The translations under genes and the position numbers were made by a program. A stretch of DNA of 62,203 bases, the filler included, from Ionaspis alba (lineage: Eukaryota): the NCBI GenBank assembly GCA_964255285.1. It is 5 parts of 5 records of this genome, joined end to end, with 100 filler letters (N's around TTAATTAATTAA, not from the genome) between each part and the next. Parts side by side here need not be neighbours in the genome. Positions count along the whole stretch, not along the records: positions 49,870 to 62,203 come from CAXUUL010000516.1; 4 more parts are not named here. One strand, given 5' to 3'. Under the pieces are notes generated by a model. The model was not told the DNA's origin. It saw only the letters and a list, made by a program, of their open reading frames with translations, and did not search any database. Shown piece by piece: positions 51,101 to 62,203 of the stretch. Positions within the stretch are counted from its first letter, which is position 1; every line of letters starts with the position of its first letter.

Positions 51101-52329
51101 ATGGCGCATATGGATCCTGTGGGGAATTTTCCAAAACGAGATGACAGCAAGGCCTTCGAGTACGTTACGCGCGACGCACGTCCCTGGTGCATGCTAACAG
51201 ATCCGAAAGCATAGTACAAACCTACAACCACCTGCTCTCCACAGACCCAGACCTGACAATGCCCGTCGCCGCGATTGAATCCTTCATCCTGCTCCTCTCC
51301 CACCCTCCACCTCCAACGACCATCTCCGAGACTTTAGACTTACTAGCAACCTCGACCGCAACCCTCAAACGCGCAATCCCAAATCCCATTTCCCTCTCCG
51401 CCGGCACAGATCTCTTCCAGCGCTACCTGATCACAACCCTCCAACGACCATCAACCATCGCCCCCGCAGGATCTAGCGGCGATTTCAAAGCCATAAGGCA
51501 ACACTTGCTCAGCAATGGGAGATTATTTGTCAAACGAGCAAAAGAAGCCAGAAACGCGATTGCGGAAGTGGCTCGGAAGTTCGTTAGAGATGGAAGCGTG
51601 GTGCTTACCAATGGTGGAAGCAGGGTTGTAGGAGCTGTGCTTAAAGCAGCCGCAGAAGCACAAGCACGGGAAGGAGGTTCTCCCCGTTTCAAGGTTATCT
51701 ACGTTACATCTTCCTCCCACGATACAGAGGGTGCAGAGACGATTCGAGCTCTTCGCGCTCTCTCTGTCCCTGTGGCTGCTATTTCAGAAGCGGCGGTCGC
51801 GTATAGTATGGGTAAGGTATCGATGGTTCTGGTCGGCGCCGAAGGAGTGGTGGAAAACGGAGGCATCATTTCCCGGATGGGGACTTATCAGATGGGAATC
51901 TTGGCGAAGGCTGCAGGGAAGCCGATGTATGTGGTTGCGGAAAGCCATAAATTCGTGAGGATGTTTCCGTTGGGGCAGTATGATCTGCCGATTGAGCAGA
52001 AGGTTCTGGATTTCACTACGGAGAATCCGGAGAGGGAGGGTGATGCTGCTGGCGGTGAGAGCATGGAGGATGTGGAGAGTGGGGGATCTGAAGAGATGGG
52101 GAAGTGGTCTGAGAAGACGCCGGCTGTGAAGGAGAAGGGCGAGTACTTTGACAAGCCTGACTCGCCTCTGCAAGGGTTGAAAATGAAGGCAGGCGGGAAT
52201 AGCGCACGGGAGGCAGAGTCTTCGGCGGTGGATTACTCGCCGCCAGATCTGATTACGGCACTGATCACAGAGTCTGGCGTTCACACACCCAGCGCCGTGA
52301 GCGAGGAGTTGATCAAGATTTGGTACTAG
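51101..52329 (+). CDS. GCN3: Translation initiation factor eIF2B alpha subunit
   Basis: MAHMDP..KAF|DIVQTYNHLL across intron ~51160-51209. Motifs LTMPVAAIE, SLSAGTDLF, VLVGAEGVVENGGIISRMGTYQ, ESHKFVRMFPL and TPSAVSEELIKIWY. Confidence 0.95.
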
Positions 52330-53902
52330 TGCTTGCTTTCATGCTGAGCATATAAGCATGAGCGCCTTCAAAAGGACGTTGTGGATGGATGGCAAAGCGT
52401 CAAGCATTTGGTGCCCTTCAGCTATTTTCTAGATTCTAGCAATGTATGGTCACAGCGAGGCGTTCAGGAGATGGCAAATCATGATATATCGAACTAGAAA
52501 ACTAGAAGACGCAGACGATAGTCCTCGTAGTATTAGTTCATCTCCATAAGTAAGGATTCATTCCTGAACCATATTTGTGGTACCGTGTGGAATATGGAGC
52601 GTATTCTTGGGATCATGTCAAGCCTATAGGTTGTTAGCTTTTTAATCTTCTACCAGAGTTCCACAGACTGTAATACCCTTATCGGCCTCCTTGAAAGCAA
52701 TGCTGCACTCGCTGCCCAGGGCTTCCAGATTGTGAAGAAACATGGAGCACGATATGTACATTGAATACCTGTTTGGGCAGATGAAAAGGCATATATGGGC
52801 AAGCAGGTCTGGGTGCGCACTTGGACCATGCTCCTCCAGCATGTCCACGATCGACATTGATGCCATTAATGTCACCCTTCGAGCGCTCACATGTAGTGTA
52901 TGCTCGATGGGTTTCTGTGCTTCACCGAGGTGAAAAGCTTGGCAGACTGCTCTTCTGCATTGTGCTGTGGCGCCTTCGCAGTCTTACAGACTGCTGGTCA
53001 CCACAACAGCCGCACCGCGAGGACGCAATGAGTGCCGGCTCACACGGCATTTCATCCACCAAGGAGTAGAAGCACTGGTGAGGACTGCCATCAATAGCTA
53101 GGGGCGGGTGCGGCTCCATTGCCTGCTTTGTCTTAGCAGCATCAGAACCGCACCTACGCTTCCAGCCGCTGTCGCCGCCAGATTTTGGCATTACGGGTCT
53201 TACGATAGAAGTCAAGAGGTATTGAGGCATTTGAAGCTCTCGGGCTCCAAAACAACGAAAAGTCGGTCACAGGAAAAGAAGATCATACATAAGGCGAGCA
53301 CTGCCCTTTCTCCACAGAATACTAATACTAGCGAAAATCTAATCATCGAATGTGGCTCTACCTTGATGTTGCTCGTGACTGTTGCGCAATCAAATAGCTT
53401 TAGGAAGTTGCAGCATGAGATCAAGGAAGATTTAGAACGATAGAAAAATTACGAGTCATCACTGCACGATCTACGTTCTGTTCGCACAACCTACCAAGCT
53501 GCTTGTTCTTGTCCTGTCCCCTATCTGCTGACTTACCCTTCAAGTTCACTTCATAGCATTTACATAGCAACAGGCAATGAAAGGCAGTTGAGCATCGACA
53601 TTGAAGCTTGTGTCAAATTCGCAAAGCATTCTCGCTGGCACGAGTGCGGCAACGCCATACATAGAATGCAGCAATGTGCTTTAAATCACTATTGCACGCA
53701 ACAGAGCCGACCAAAATCCCGAAGCTAGCGGGCCATCTGAAGATAGTGGAAACAGCACGAATAACAGCTCGGCATTGTGGGCAATATGATGGCCCTCAGA
53801 ATAAACAGAGAAGGCTCAAAAGCTGGCAAGTGCTGCTTCTGTGTAATGCATGTACAGTTCAATGGCAGATTCGAAGACCTGAACTTGAAGCAAGGAAGAC
53901 CC

Positions 53903-56466
53903 TTACCAGCGGCGGCTGTAACGGAGAACATTAGGAGTTTAGCTCGACATGATTGAAGGACTTAGACATACCTGTAAGCCTCCGCAACTTTCGGTTGCCG
54001 TCGTTTGAGCTTCGGAGTCACGTCGTCATATTGTCGCTTTCGCTCGTTACCACTTCCGTCATCAGAAGAACGGTCGCGTTTCCGATGTCGATGGGGACTA
54101 TCTTTTACGGTTTTCTGGTCAGTAGGAGACATCGATATACCCGATCCTGAATAGCCGTTGTGCCCAGTGGCCATCATGTGATTGCGATCTAGATTCGAAG
54201 ACATACGTCTTGGCGGTGGATAGGTAGGAGGTGGTGGAGGTGCGAAATGTCGATCGTAGCGAGGCTGGTCGTTGTACATGTCTCTGCTTAAGGGACGTGG
54301 CTCAAATGGGTCTTGTGCTTCAGGGTCGAACGGATCATGATACACTCCGCCTGATGAGTCNNNNNNNNNNNNNNNNNNNNNNNNNNNNNNNNNNNNNNNN
54401 NNNNNNNNNNNNNNNNNNNNNNNNNNNNNNNNNNNNNNNNNNNNNNNNNNNNNNNNNNNNATGGGTCTTGTGCTTCAGGGTCGAACGGATCATGATACAC
54501 TCCGCCTGATGAGTCGGTGGGCCCCGGCGCGTAGGTTGGAGTAGGTTCACGTTGAATGGTTGGAGTACGATCACGCTCTCTCGGGGTTGTGATGGGTCTC
54601 GTAGGGTGGTGGTGGTTTGTCCTTGGGCCGTGTGAGTAGTTTGGTTGCTTGTGCTTCACAGGACTTGGTAAGACTTACGAATCACGTCTTGTAGGGCTAC
54701 TTGAACTTGGAGGATACCCGTCGGACGGCGGTCTCCCATTAGATCCATACTCTAGAGCAGAGGCAGCTCCAGCTGCTGACATGTGAAGTTGTCTCTTGTT
54801 TAGACGTGTCGGAGATTCAGCAGGTTTGGGCGCACTTGTCATGCTAATGGAAGTAGGCTTTTCTTCCGTGACACGACCAGCTATAGGAGGACTTTCGCGA
54901 TCCTGTGATGGTGAGCGAGAACGCTGTTTTCAATTAGCCAGATGTACCTTCATACAATCACTATCCTCGGTCTGGAGTCCTACGCTTTGAGATGAACTAT
55001 CATGTCTTCTATCATACGTCGAAACAGACTCTTGGCGTCCCCTATCACTATCCTCGACACCCGAATGATGCTCCTCTTGGTCTTCTGTGGTGTTTCGCAG
55101 CCTTCTGATCAATTCTTCCTGAGTCAAATATTCCCCATCATCACTCAGGAGGTCGAGAGCTGGATCCATTTTGACCTTTTCGAAGTCGTCCTTCCTCCAG
55201 ATGGGATCCAAGACCGACTCAAGATTGTCACGGGTAAGGAATCTAGAGCTGACAATACCGCCAGTTTCAGGGAATGGAGGAGGAAGAGAGCCTCCAACCT
55301 CGTCCAGATCTAATTCACACGTGGGTAGTGGAATCCTGACAAGCTGAGCAATTGTTTTGCCTATAAAGTTGTAAGTAAATCTATTGCATGGTAAAATTGG
55401 ATATCATGTCACCTTTCAAAAGCCCTTGCTCGAGCGTAGTAGGCATGTCCAGAAGCGTCAAGTCATCTTCTTCGTTGTATCCGTAATCAAGAGTAGCCGC
55501 CTTCGAGCCCGGCGTGGCAGAGCTTGATTTGAAAGACCTTGACCTCGTTGTACCATCTACAGAGCCTTGATGTTGCAGCCCATGCCCATTTCCGTAGGCT
55601 GAAAACTGTGCATTTGAGCTAGGTGATACCATGGGGTAATTGCCATTTGGTGGGCCATGCCACTGTTGGTTGGGAACATGCGGAGGAAAGTATCCTTGCT
55701 GCTGTTGCGGGTATTGAGCCATGCCGGAACTTGGATAAGGTTGTCCTTGGGCGTAACCTGTGGGTGAGCCGTGCACTGGATATGGTTGCCGAGGATATCC
55801 ATTCCCAGCCTGGTGAGGGGGTTGATGGTGGGGAGGATATGGCGGCTGTTGCGGGTAATTGTTCCACTGATCGTGCTGAGAGTATGGAACAGGAGGGGCA
55901 GACATGAGCATCTGCTGGGGGTATGGGCCTTGGTGGTTTGAATACCCCGGGCTGCTATATGGTTGACCTCCATAACTGTGGGGAGGTATGTACCCTAGTT
56001 GAACTTGGGGCGGAACAGCATATTTGGTGATCACCGGAGGAATGTAATTTGGTCGAAACTTCTTGAATGGCGGATGGCCACTTGCTTCTTGTAATGAAAG
56101 ACCACTTTGAAAACAAATGTCTTAGAACAAGAACGAGCAAACACAGAAAGATTGAAGAGCAACTTACGCTGGCTTTTCTCGGCGCGGTTCAGGACAGTCT
56201 TGGGCCCAATGGTCGGGGTTACCGCAGTTGTAGCAAGATTGTGGCGTCGGTTTAGCTACCTGCGGCTGATACGTTGGCGTTACTGGTTGCTGGTATGTAG
56301 TCGGAGATGGTCCTTGCTGAGGGTATCCGTGGTAAGGAGGTGGCTGAAAACCATTATGATATTGGTGTTGCGGCATACCGTATCCTTGCTGCGGATATTG
56401 ACCGTAAGGGCCGGTAGCAGCATACTCGGCCTGGGGCGAGTGTTGAGGAGGATGATACCCCGACAT
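53903..56466 (-). CDS. CCHC zinc-knuckle protein with Pro/Gln/Tyr-rich low-complexity regions
   Basis: CYNCGNPDHWAQDC knuckle. Several exons end in DDVTPKLKRRQPKVAEAY|SRRW*. The gene spans the gap at 54361-54460. Confidence 0.8.
54361..54460. other. Scaffold gap with 55-bp duplicated flanks (artefact)
   Basis: 54306-54360 is identical to 54461-54515. Confidence 0.95.
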
Positions 56467-56852
56467 AATGAACTGTATTTATCGTGATACCGGCAAAGTC
56501 ATATCAGAAGACGGCATCGCAGGCATACTCGCTAGAAAATTGAGGCTGGCGGGGTCCGTGAAACAGGAGATCAAATTCAAGACCTTCCCTGATCCGAGGA
56601 AGCCGTTGATATCAAGGGCAATCGAGCAGAAAGAGAATGGGTATCATCAGGTTGCGGTCCGAGGAGAATTGGGTTGGTGATCAGAGCTATAGGACCAACC
56701 GTGTGTTGAAGCCACCCCGGATCAAGTGATCTGACCGACGACCAGTGCAAACGCGGTCAGAACTATGGGTAAAACAAATGAAAGCGCAGCAAGCGCGAGA
56801 CAGGATAACTGTCTTATAAACAAGTTGTTGATAGTCTCAATATAGGTGTGGT

Positions 56853-56952
56853 NNNNNNNNNNNNNNNNNNNNNNNNNNNNNNNNNNNNNNNNNNNNNNNN
56901 NNNNNNNNNNNNNNNNNNNNNNNNNNNNNNNNNNNNNNNNNNNNNNNNNNNN
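56853..56952. other. Scaffold gap with 55-bp duplicated flanks (artefact)
   Basis: 56798-56852 is repeated at 56953-57007. Confidence 0.95.
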
Positions 56953-57340
56953 AGACAGGATAACTGTCTTATAAACAAGTTGTTGATAGTCTCAATATAG
57001 GTGTGGTTCAGAGAGTCAATATCGGCAGTGTGAAAGTGTAGTCCTTGATATAGGAAGACGTTCCTTCGTCTCATTTCCGTATGGAAGGTTTAGCGGTCGG
57101 ATCGGGTTATCGTTTGACCATATCTGATCTTCGTTCTCAGAGCTCCAGGCAATGATTATTCAATTCATCTCATGGGTCGCCTTGATCATGATTCTGGCAG
57201 ACTAGTATGCAAATTCAAGCAACAAAATGGTTCTGAGACAGCAGCCACGCCCTGTCTGTAGCAAAACTCACGCAGGACTGCGCAATCACAAGAGCCTGCT
57301 CGATCCAGACCCACCCTTTCAGAAAAGGTGAAGACAAGCT

Positions 57341-58424
57341 ATGCCTGGATTACCAGGTATGTCACGGCCTTTCTAAGACCACCATACGGCTCCCTGACAC
57401 ATGCATTTCCACAGCCAGCGTTGACCTAGACGAATGCATTGAACGACTATACAAGAAAGAGCTCCTCGCAGAATCCGTGGTCGAAGCAATATGTGCGAAA
57501 ACGAAAGAATTGTTGATGAAAGAAAGCAACGTTGTACATATCAGAGCGCCCGTAACTGTGGTCGGAGATATACATGGTCAATTCTTTGACATGATAGAGA
57601 TATTCAAAATCGGGGGCTTCTGTCCAGACACCAATTACCTTTTCCTCGGTAAGGAACGCACAGTACAGGACGGGAAGAAAGAGAAGCTGACACTGACTGC
57701 AGGAGATTACGTAGACCGCGGTCTCTTCAGCGTCGAGACCATCTCCCTGCTCGTTTGTTTGAAGCTGCGATACCCCCAGCGTGTACATCTCATCCGCGGC
57801 AACCACGAGTCTCGCGGCGTGACACAGTCATATGGCTTTTACACTGAATGCTCTCGGAAATATGGGAACGCAAATGTGTGGCACTACTTCACCGACATGT
57901 TTGATTTCCTGACGCTTAGCGTCGTTATCAATGACCAAATTTTCTGCGTCCATGGAGGACTCTCGCCTTCTATACATTCGATAGATCAGATCAAGATCAT
58001 TGACCGTTTCCGCGAGATACCGCACGAGGGGCCGATGGCAGACTTGGTATGGTCAGATCCAGACCCGGAGCGAGACGAGTTTTCTCTTTCACCGCGTGGA
58101 GCTGGGTATACATTCGGGGCACAGGTTGTGAAAAAGTTTTTAGAGGTCAATTCCATGTCCCATATACTACGAGCACATCAGCTGTGTCAAGAAGGCTATC
58201 AAGTTCTGTACGATGATCGATTGAGTACTGTGTGGAGTGCACCCAACTACTGCTACAGGTGCGGCAACATGGCGAGTGTACTTGAAGTCAGCGACACAGG
58301 GGAGCGATTTTTCAACGTCTTCGATGCAGCTCCAGAAAACGATGTTCACAGGGGCGAGCAACAACAGCAGCAACAGAATCAAGGCAAGGATGGGCAGGGC
58401 GTTGTGGTGGAATACTTTCTATAA
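57341..58424 (+). CDS. PPG1: PP2A-like Ser/Thr protein phosphatase Ppg1
   Basis: MPGLP|ASVDLDECIERL start. Motifs GDIHGQ, GDYVDRG, RGNHE, HGGLSP and SAPNYCYRCGN. C-terminal EYFL. Confidence 0.92.
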
Positions 58425-58701
58425 GATACCATAGCATCGGGCTTGGCGCGCTGAATTTCTGGACAATTTGGGGTATCATACATGTTTGTACATGCAAGAA
58501 ACGCATCTGCATCGGATAAAAAGTTGTAAGGGAAGAAATCTCTTCGAAGGATCAGGTGCATACTGATATGACGATCTACGCCTCCCTATTCCAATGCTGC
58601 TTGCTCACAAGCTCTCCAAGCTGCCATCCAAACTCAATTTCAATCCGTGAAAAAAAATCTTGACGGCACATGTACAGCCGCTCATCGAGGTAAGATCATT
58701 C

Positions 58702-59700
58702 CTACTTCCACTCCTTCGTGATGTCAAACGACCATTCGAACTTGAGATGCGTGTGATCATCATCGTCAATGAATTTGGAGACTGCATCGTAATGTCCCCT
58801 GGCCATCATCCCGGTTGGAGCTTCGTCCTGAGAGACTAAACTCGGAGTCAGTACTTTCTAGCCCTCCAAAAGCAGTAACGAGAAAGCATCTCACATTTCT
58901 TCTCGTACGAAGGCTTATCAACAGTGTTCGGTGGATAGCTCCCCTGCGACTACATCAGTCCTGGTTCTCCTTCCTTAGAACATTAAGGCTACTCACAAGC
59001 ATCTCCTCATCCTTGCTAACCCTAATACCCTTCCTCTTCACCACCTGCAAATACTTCAATCCGCTCAGAACCTCATGCTGCACCTTGAATCCCGCCTTCA
59101 TGCGGAATTTGGCCCCCTCCTTGATGGTGAAGGGTTTGCTTTTTAGAGCTTCGACACTTCCGGGAGCAGTCAAGTCGATAACGATGTCAGGGCGGCCTTC
59201 CACTTCGAGAGCCAGATGCTGGATGACGCAGCGGCGTTTGTCGGATGGATCGACGGGAAGAGGCTCTCCAGTGGCAATGCCCAGAGAGGCTTTCCATCGG
59301 TTGAGGGATTCGTCGTTCTGGTCTTGGTGGATGTGGTTGGTCAGCAGACTTCGTTGGTATATGAGTGCAGAAGCTGATGATTATTGAAGTACAGAAACAG
59401 TATGCAGGGGGATACAAAATAAAGACGGCCCTTGTGTCAGCTACTGGTGATAGGGTGGTTTTCAAGTATCCCCGTCCTAGAAGAACAAGGCATTCTCTCA
59501 ATGCATAGCTGGTGCTTAGGTCCTCTTGTACAGGTAGAGTGTTGGCACTCAATAATCTCGAGCAGCTCTTCAATGGAAACAAGTACTAATAATGGCCCCC
59601 ACCCACCTAGCTTGGCATATTCATCCATGGTTTTCTTCTCCCCAGGCTTATAGCCCTCGGTCTTGGATGCCACCAAATCATCTTCTCCTTGGCTCGCCAT
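58702..59700 (-). CDS. RDI1: Rho GDP-dissociation inhibitor
   Basis: TEGYKPGEKKTMDEYAKL|DQNDESLNRWKASLG, FTIKEGAKFRMKAGFKVQHEVLSGLKY, APTGMMARGHY and FEWSFDITKEWK*. Confidence 0.95.
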
Positions 59701-60515
59701 AGTGTTTTGTCCTGTTCCTATTGATATGGAGGGAGGCAGTTAGAGGGTGGTGGATTGTGGTTGGAATAACGATGAGTGGGGCAAGTTCGCATCTGTTGGA
59801 TCAGTCGGTGCGCTTCGCTTCCGAACCGTGGGATGATTGTCTGTTACTTCACTCGCGAACAACTATCATCAGAGTGGGAGTTCGAATATTTGTATGCTAA
59901 GCTACAACGTTATAAAACAACTCTCTAGCGGACTGATCGTGATATCCTACCTGTGAGAAGTTCAGGTGATCTAGGAACAGTGTAAGCAGATGTGAAAACA
60001 ATCTAGCTTGAAGCGAAATAATGTCCTTTGCGCGCATTGTCCGTACGGATTTGTATATCCGGCACCGAACTCATGTAAATTGCAATAGACATACCGCATC
60101 CGGAATGCTCTGACGCTTTCCTCTATTAGAAAAAGTTGAGATGAAGTCATGTGCTAGTCACGGAATCGCAACTTTCCCCCATTTGTGACGTGAATGTGAG
60201 GAGTCCAGCCTCTTCCCGACGTCCCCAGCCACTACATTTGCCGAGAACCAGCTGTTGCACCTCCACCCCCGACAGCTCATCCTCTCCTCCATCTTATCCC
60301 TAAAATCAAGCATCAGCTTCGAGGCTCTCTTTGATAGCCATTCGCGCTCTGGAGGGTTCTTGCACTCATATCAGGTATCAATCAGTAGCTTCGAGCGACG
60401 ACATTGCGACGCTAGACTACGAATCGCCGAACGCGCTATCGGTGACCAGCTCCAACGATATCCCCGTTCGCATCTCCAGATTCTCCCAGCATCGCGCATT
60501 ATCACAGCATCCACC

Positions 60516-61945
60516 ATGACGCATGAAAGGAGTCTTCCCAAGAAGAAGAACCCTCTTCTAGCACCGGACAAGACCCCAGATCGTATGTGTCGCGTCTGAC
60601 CGCTCAATGGCCGCAGCTAACAATTCTTTCTACAGATGCCGAACTGGTCAGTAAGAGACGGCTGGGGCAGACAAACCTCGCGGTGAAGCCTGGTCAGGTT
60701 GGAACCTCGAATGCGACAAAGCCAGAGAATCTTGGGATGTTCGACTATGCGCACCTTCGCGCGCCTCTACCGGACAATCTGAAGGGCTCCGAGATCTTTG
60801 CGCCGCAGCCAAAGCAACCACATCCGGAGGCCTACTTCTTGATGGTATGTTGAGATTGGTAGGCGATATGCTCGAGCGCTGGACTAATCATGAATGCAAC
60901 ATGTAGCGAAGGAGCAGCGATGGATATATCAGCGCAACCGGCATGTTCAAAGCGAGCTTCCCATGGGCAAAGCACGCAGAAGAGATAGCGGAACGCGATT
61001 ACCTGAAGAGTCTGTCGTCAACGAGCCAAGACGAGGTCGCTGGGAATGTCTGGATTCCCGAGGCATTTGGTAAGATGCGCGATGAGGTAGAGGCTACGGA
61101 CAAGTGCTAATCGCAAGATGCAGCTCTGGAACTTGCCGAAACCTATGGCATAGTTCCGTGGATCAAAGCTCTCCTAGACGACACACCCGTCACGACTGGC
61201 TCCGAAGGCAAGAAGTCGATCTCTCCACCACCGAAGTTCAACTTTACAGCGAACAATGGCATTGCGTTACCCCCACCTTCCTCCACCCCTTCCCGTGGTA
61301 GAGGGCGACCAAGAGCGAGCTCGCCACACAAAGGCACAACCCCATCTGGCAAAGGTGTCTCTCCCCGCAAACCACGTCAATCAAAAGCTGCGAAAGAGGC
61401 CAATGCGGTTTCGGCGCGGCTGGCGAGCGAATCACTACAAGCAGCACTCGACACTGCTGTAACAAGAGCGGAGTCTGAGTCTGTCGATGGTGAGAAGGTC
61501 AACGGGGACAAAGTTACTGTCGAGGTGGATTCTGCCATCGAGATCAACGGCGATACGGAAACAACACGCACCAATGTTAAGGTGGAGATGCCAGCAAGCA
61601 GCCCAGATTTGCCGCTTCCAGAAAGCACAGAAGAGATGATTGCGAAAGCAAAGGAGATGGTCGAGGAGGCACGGAAGCTCGAAGGGGAGTCCTCGAAGCG
61701 ATCAAGCAAACGCAAGGCAGAAGAACTAGATGATGACGAGGACGAAGAGAAGGACAACGAGCTACAGCCAGCCAAGAAGGTGAGGCTTCTGGAGCAAGAG
61801 CTCAAGAAGCAGAAAGTCAGGAGTCGGGCATCCTTGAGTTTTGCAGCCACTTTGGTAATAGGGTATGTCCTACGAGGTTCCTTGAATTAAAAGCCCATAA
61901 TTGACTTGATATAGTGCTATCCTCCCGTACGTGATCGGAGGATGA
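60516..61945 (+). CDS. bqt4: APSES/KilA-N domain tail-anchored nuclear envelope protein, Bqt4-like
   Basis: [44 protein letters not shown] and AGNVWIP. C-terminal [14 protein letters not shown] helix and tail [23 protein letters not shown]. Confidence 0.88.
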
Positions 61946-62203
61946 ACCGTCTACTCAACCGATTCCCAATCTTCGGCCGCATTCTAATACCCTTTTCCTT
62001 GTACTTACACACCAGGCTCTCGGTTCTCCCAGGCGTTTTGAGACTAGGATATAGTGTTAAAAAGACTCGTTCTCGTACAGGGCTCGCTGTTCGGAGAATC
62101 ACCAAGCTTCGTAACACTTTCGTATTCTGGTTGGCGGCGTGGTTGGGTAGAAGTTTTCCTTGTCGCAGGCTCTGTAATACTTTATCCGACGCGTCATGCC
62201 CAG

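Noticed and set aside
52330..53900. Short ORFs between GCN3 and the zinc-knuckle gene
   Set aside because: No recognisable motifs or consistent exon chain could be established by eye.
1..62203. CRISPR arrays, rRNA or tRNA genes, telomeric repeats, autonomous transposons, secondary-metabolite backbone genes
   Set aside because: None recognised by eye. A tRNAscan-SE or Rfam run would be needed to exclude small RNAs.

Overview
Eukaryotic DNA from a filamentous ascomycete (Pezizomycotina; the gene set and ~50-nt GT-AG introns with CTAAC/CTGAC branch sites fit Eurotiomycetes, by inference). The window is not one locus. It is five scaffolds of strictly decreasing length (12416, 12362, 12351, 12340, 12334 bp) joined by artificial N44-TTAATTAATTAA-N44 linkers, with four further 100-N scaffold gaps. 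About 21 protein genes are supported. Most are housekeeping or regulatory: mitochondrial ThrRS, an NADPH alkenal reductase, Nma111, an ArAE/FUSC protein, Ist1, acyltransferase-3, GFA, Nrd1/Mrn1, Jsn1, an MFS transporter, UaY, NECAP, Gcn3, a zinc-knuckle protein, Ppg1, Rho-GDI and Bqt4. There is also a small MITE-like element. The best candidate for an undescribed system is a head-to-head gene pair in scaffold 1. One gene encodes an atypical lid-less HSPA12-type Hsp70 (8403-10437, +). The other encodes a single-pass membrane protein (6179-7699, -) with a Ser/Thr-rich ectodomain, a cytoplasmic coiled coil and a C-terminus carrying GrpE/MIEAP-like motifs. Together they look like a membrane-tethered nucleotide-exchange-factor/receptor plus a dedicated Hsp70.
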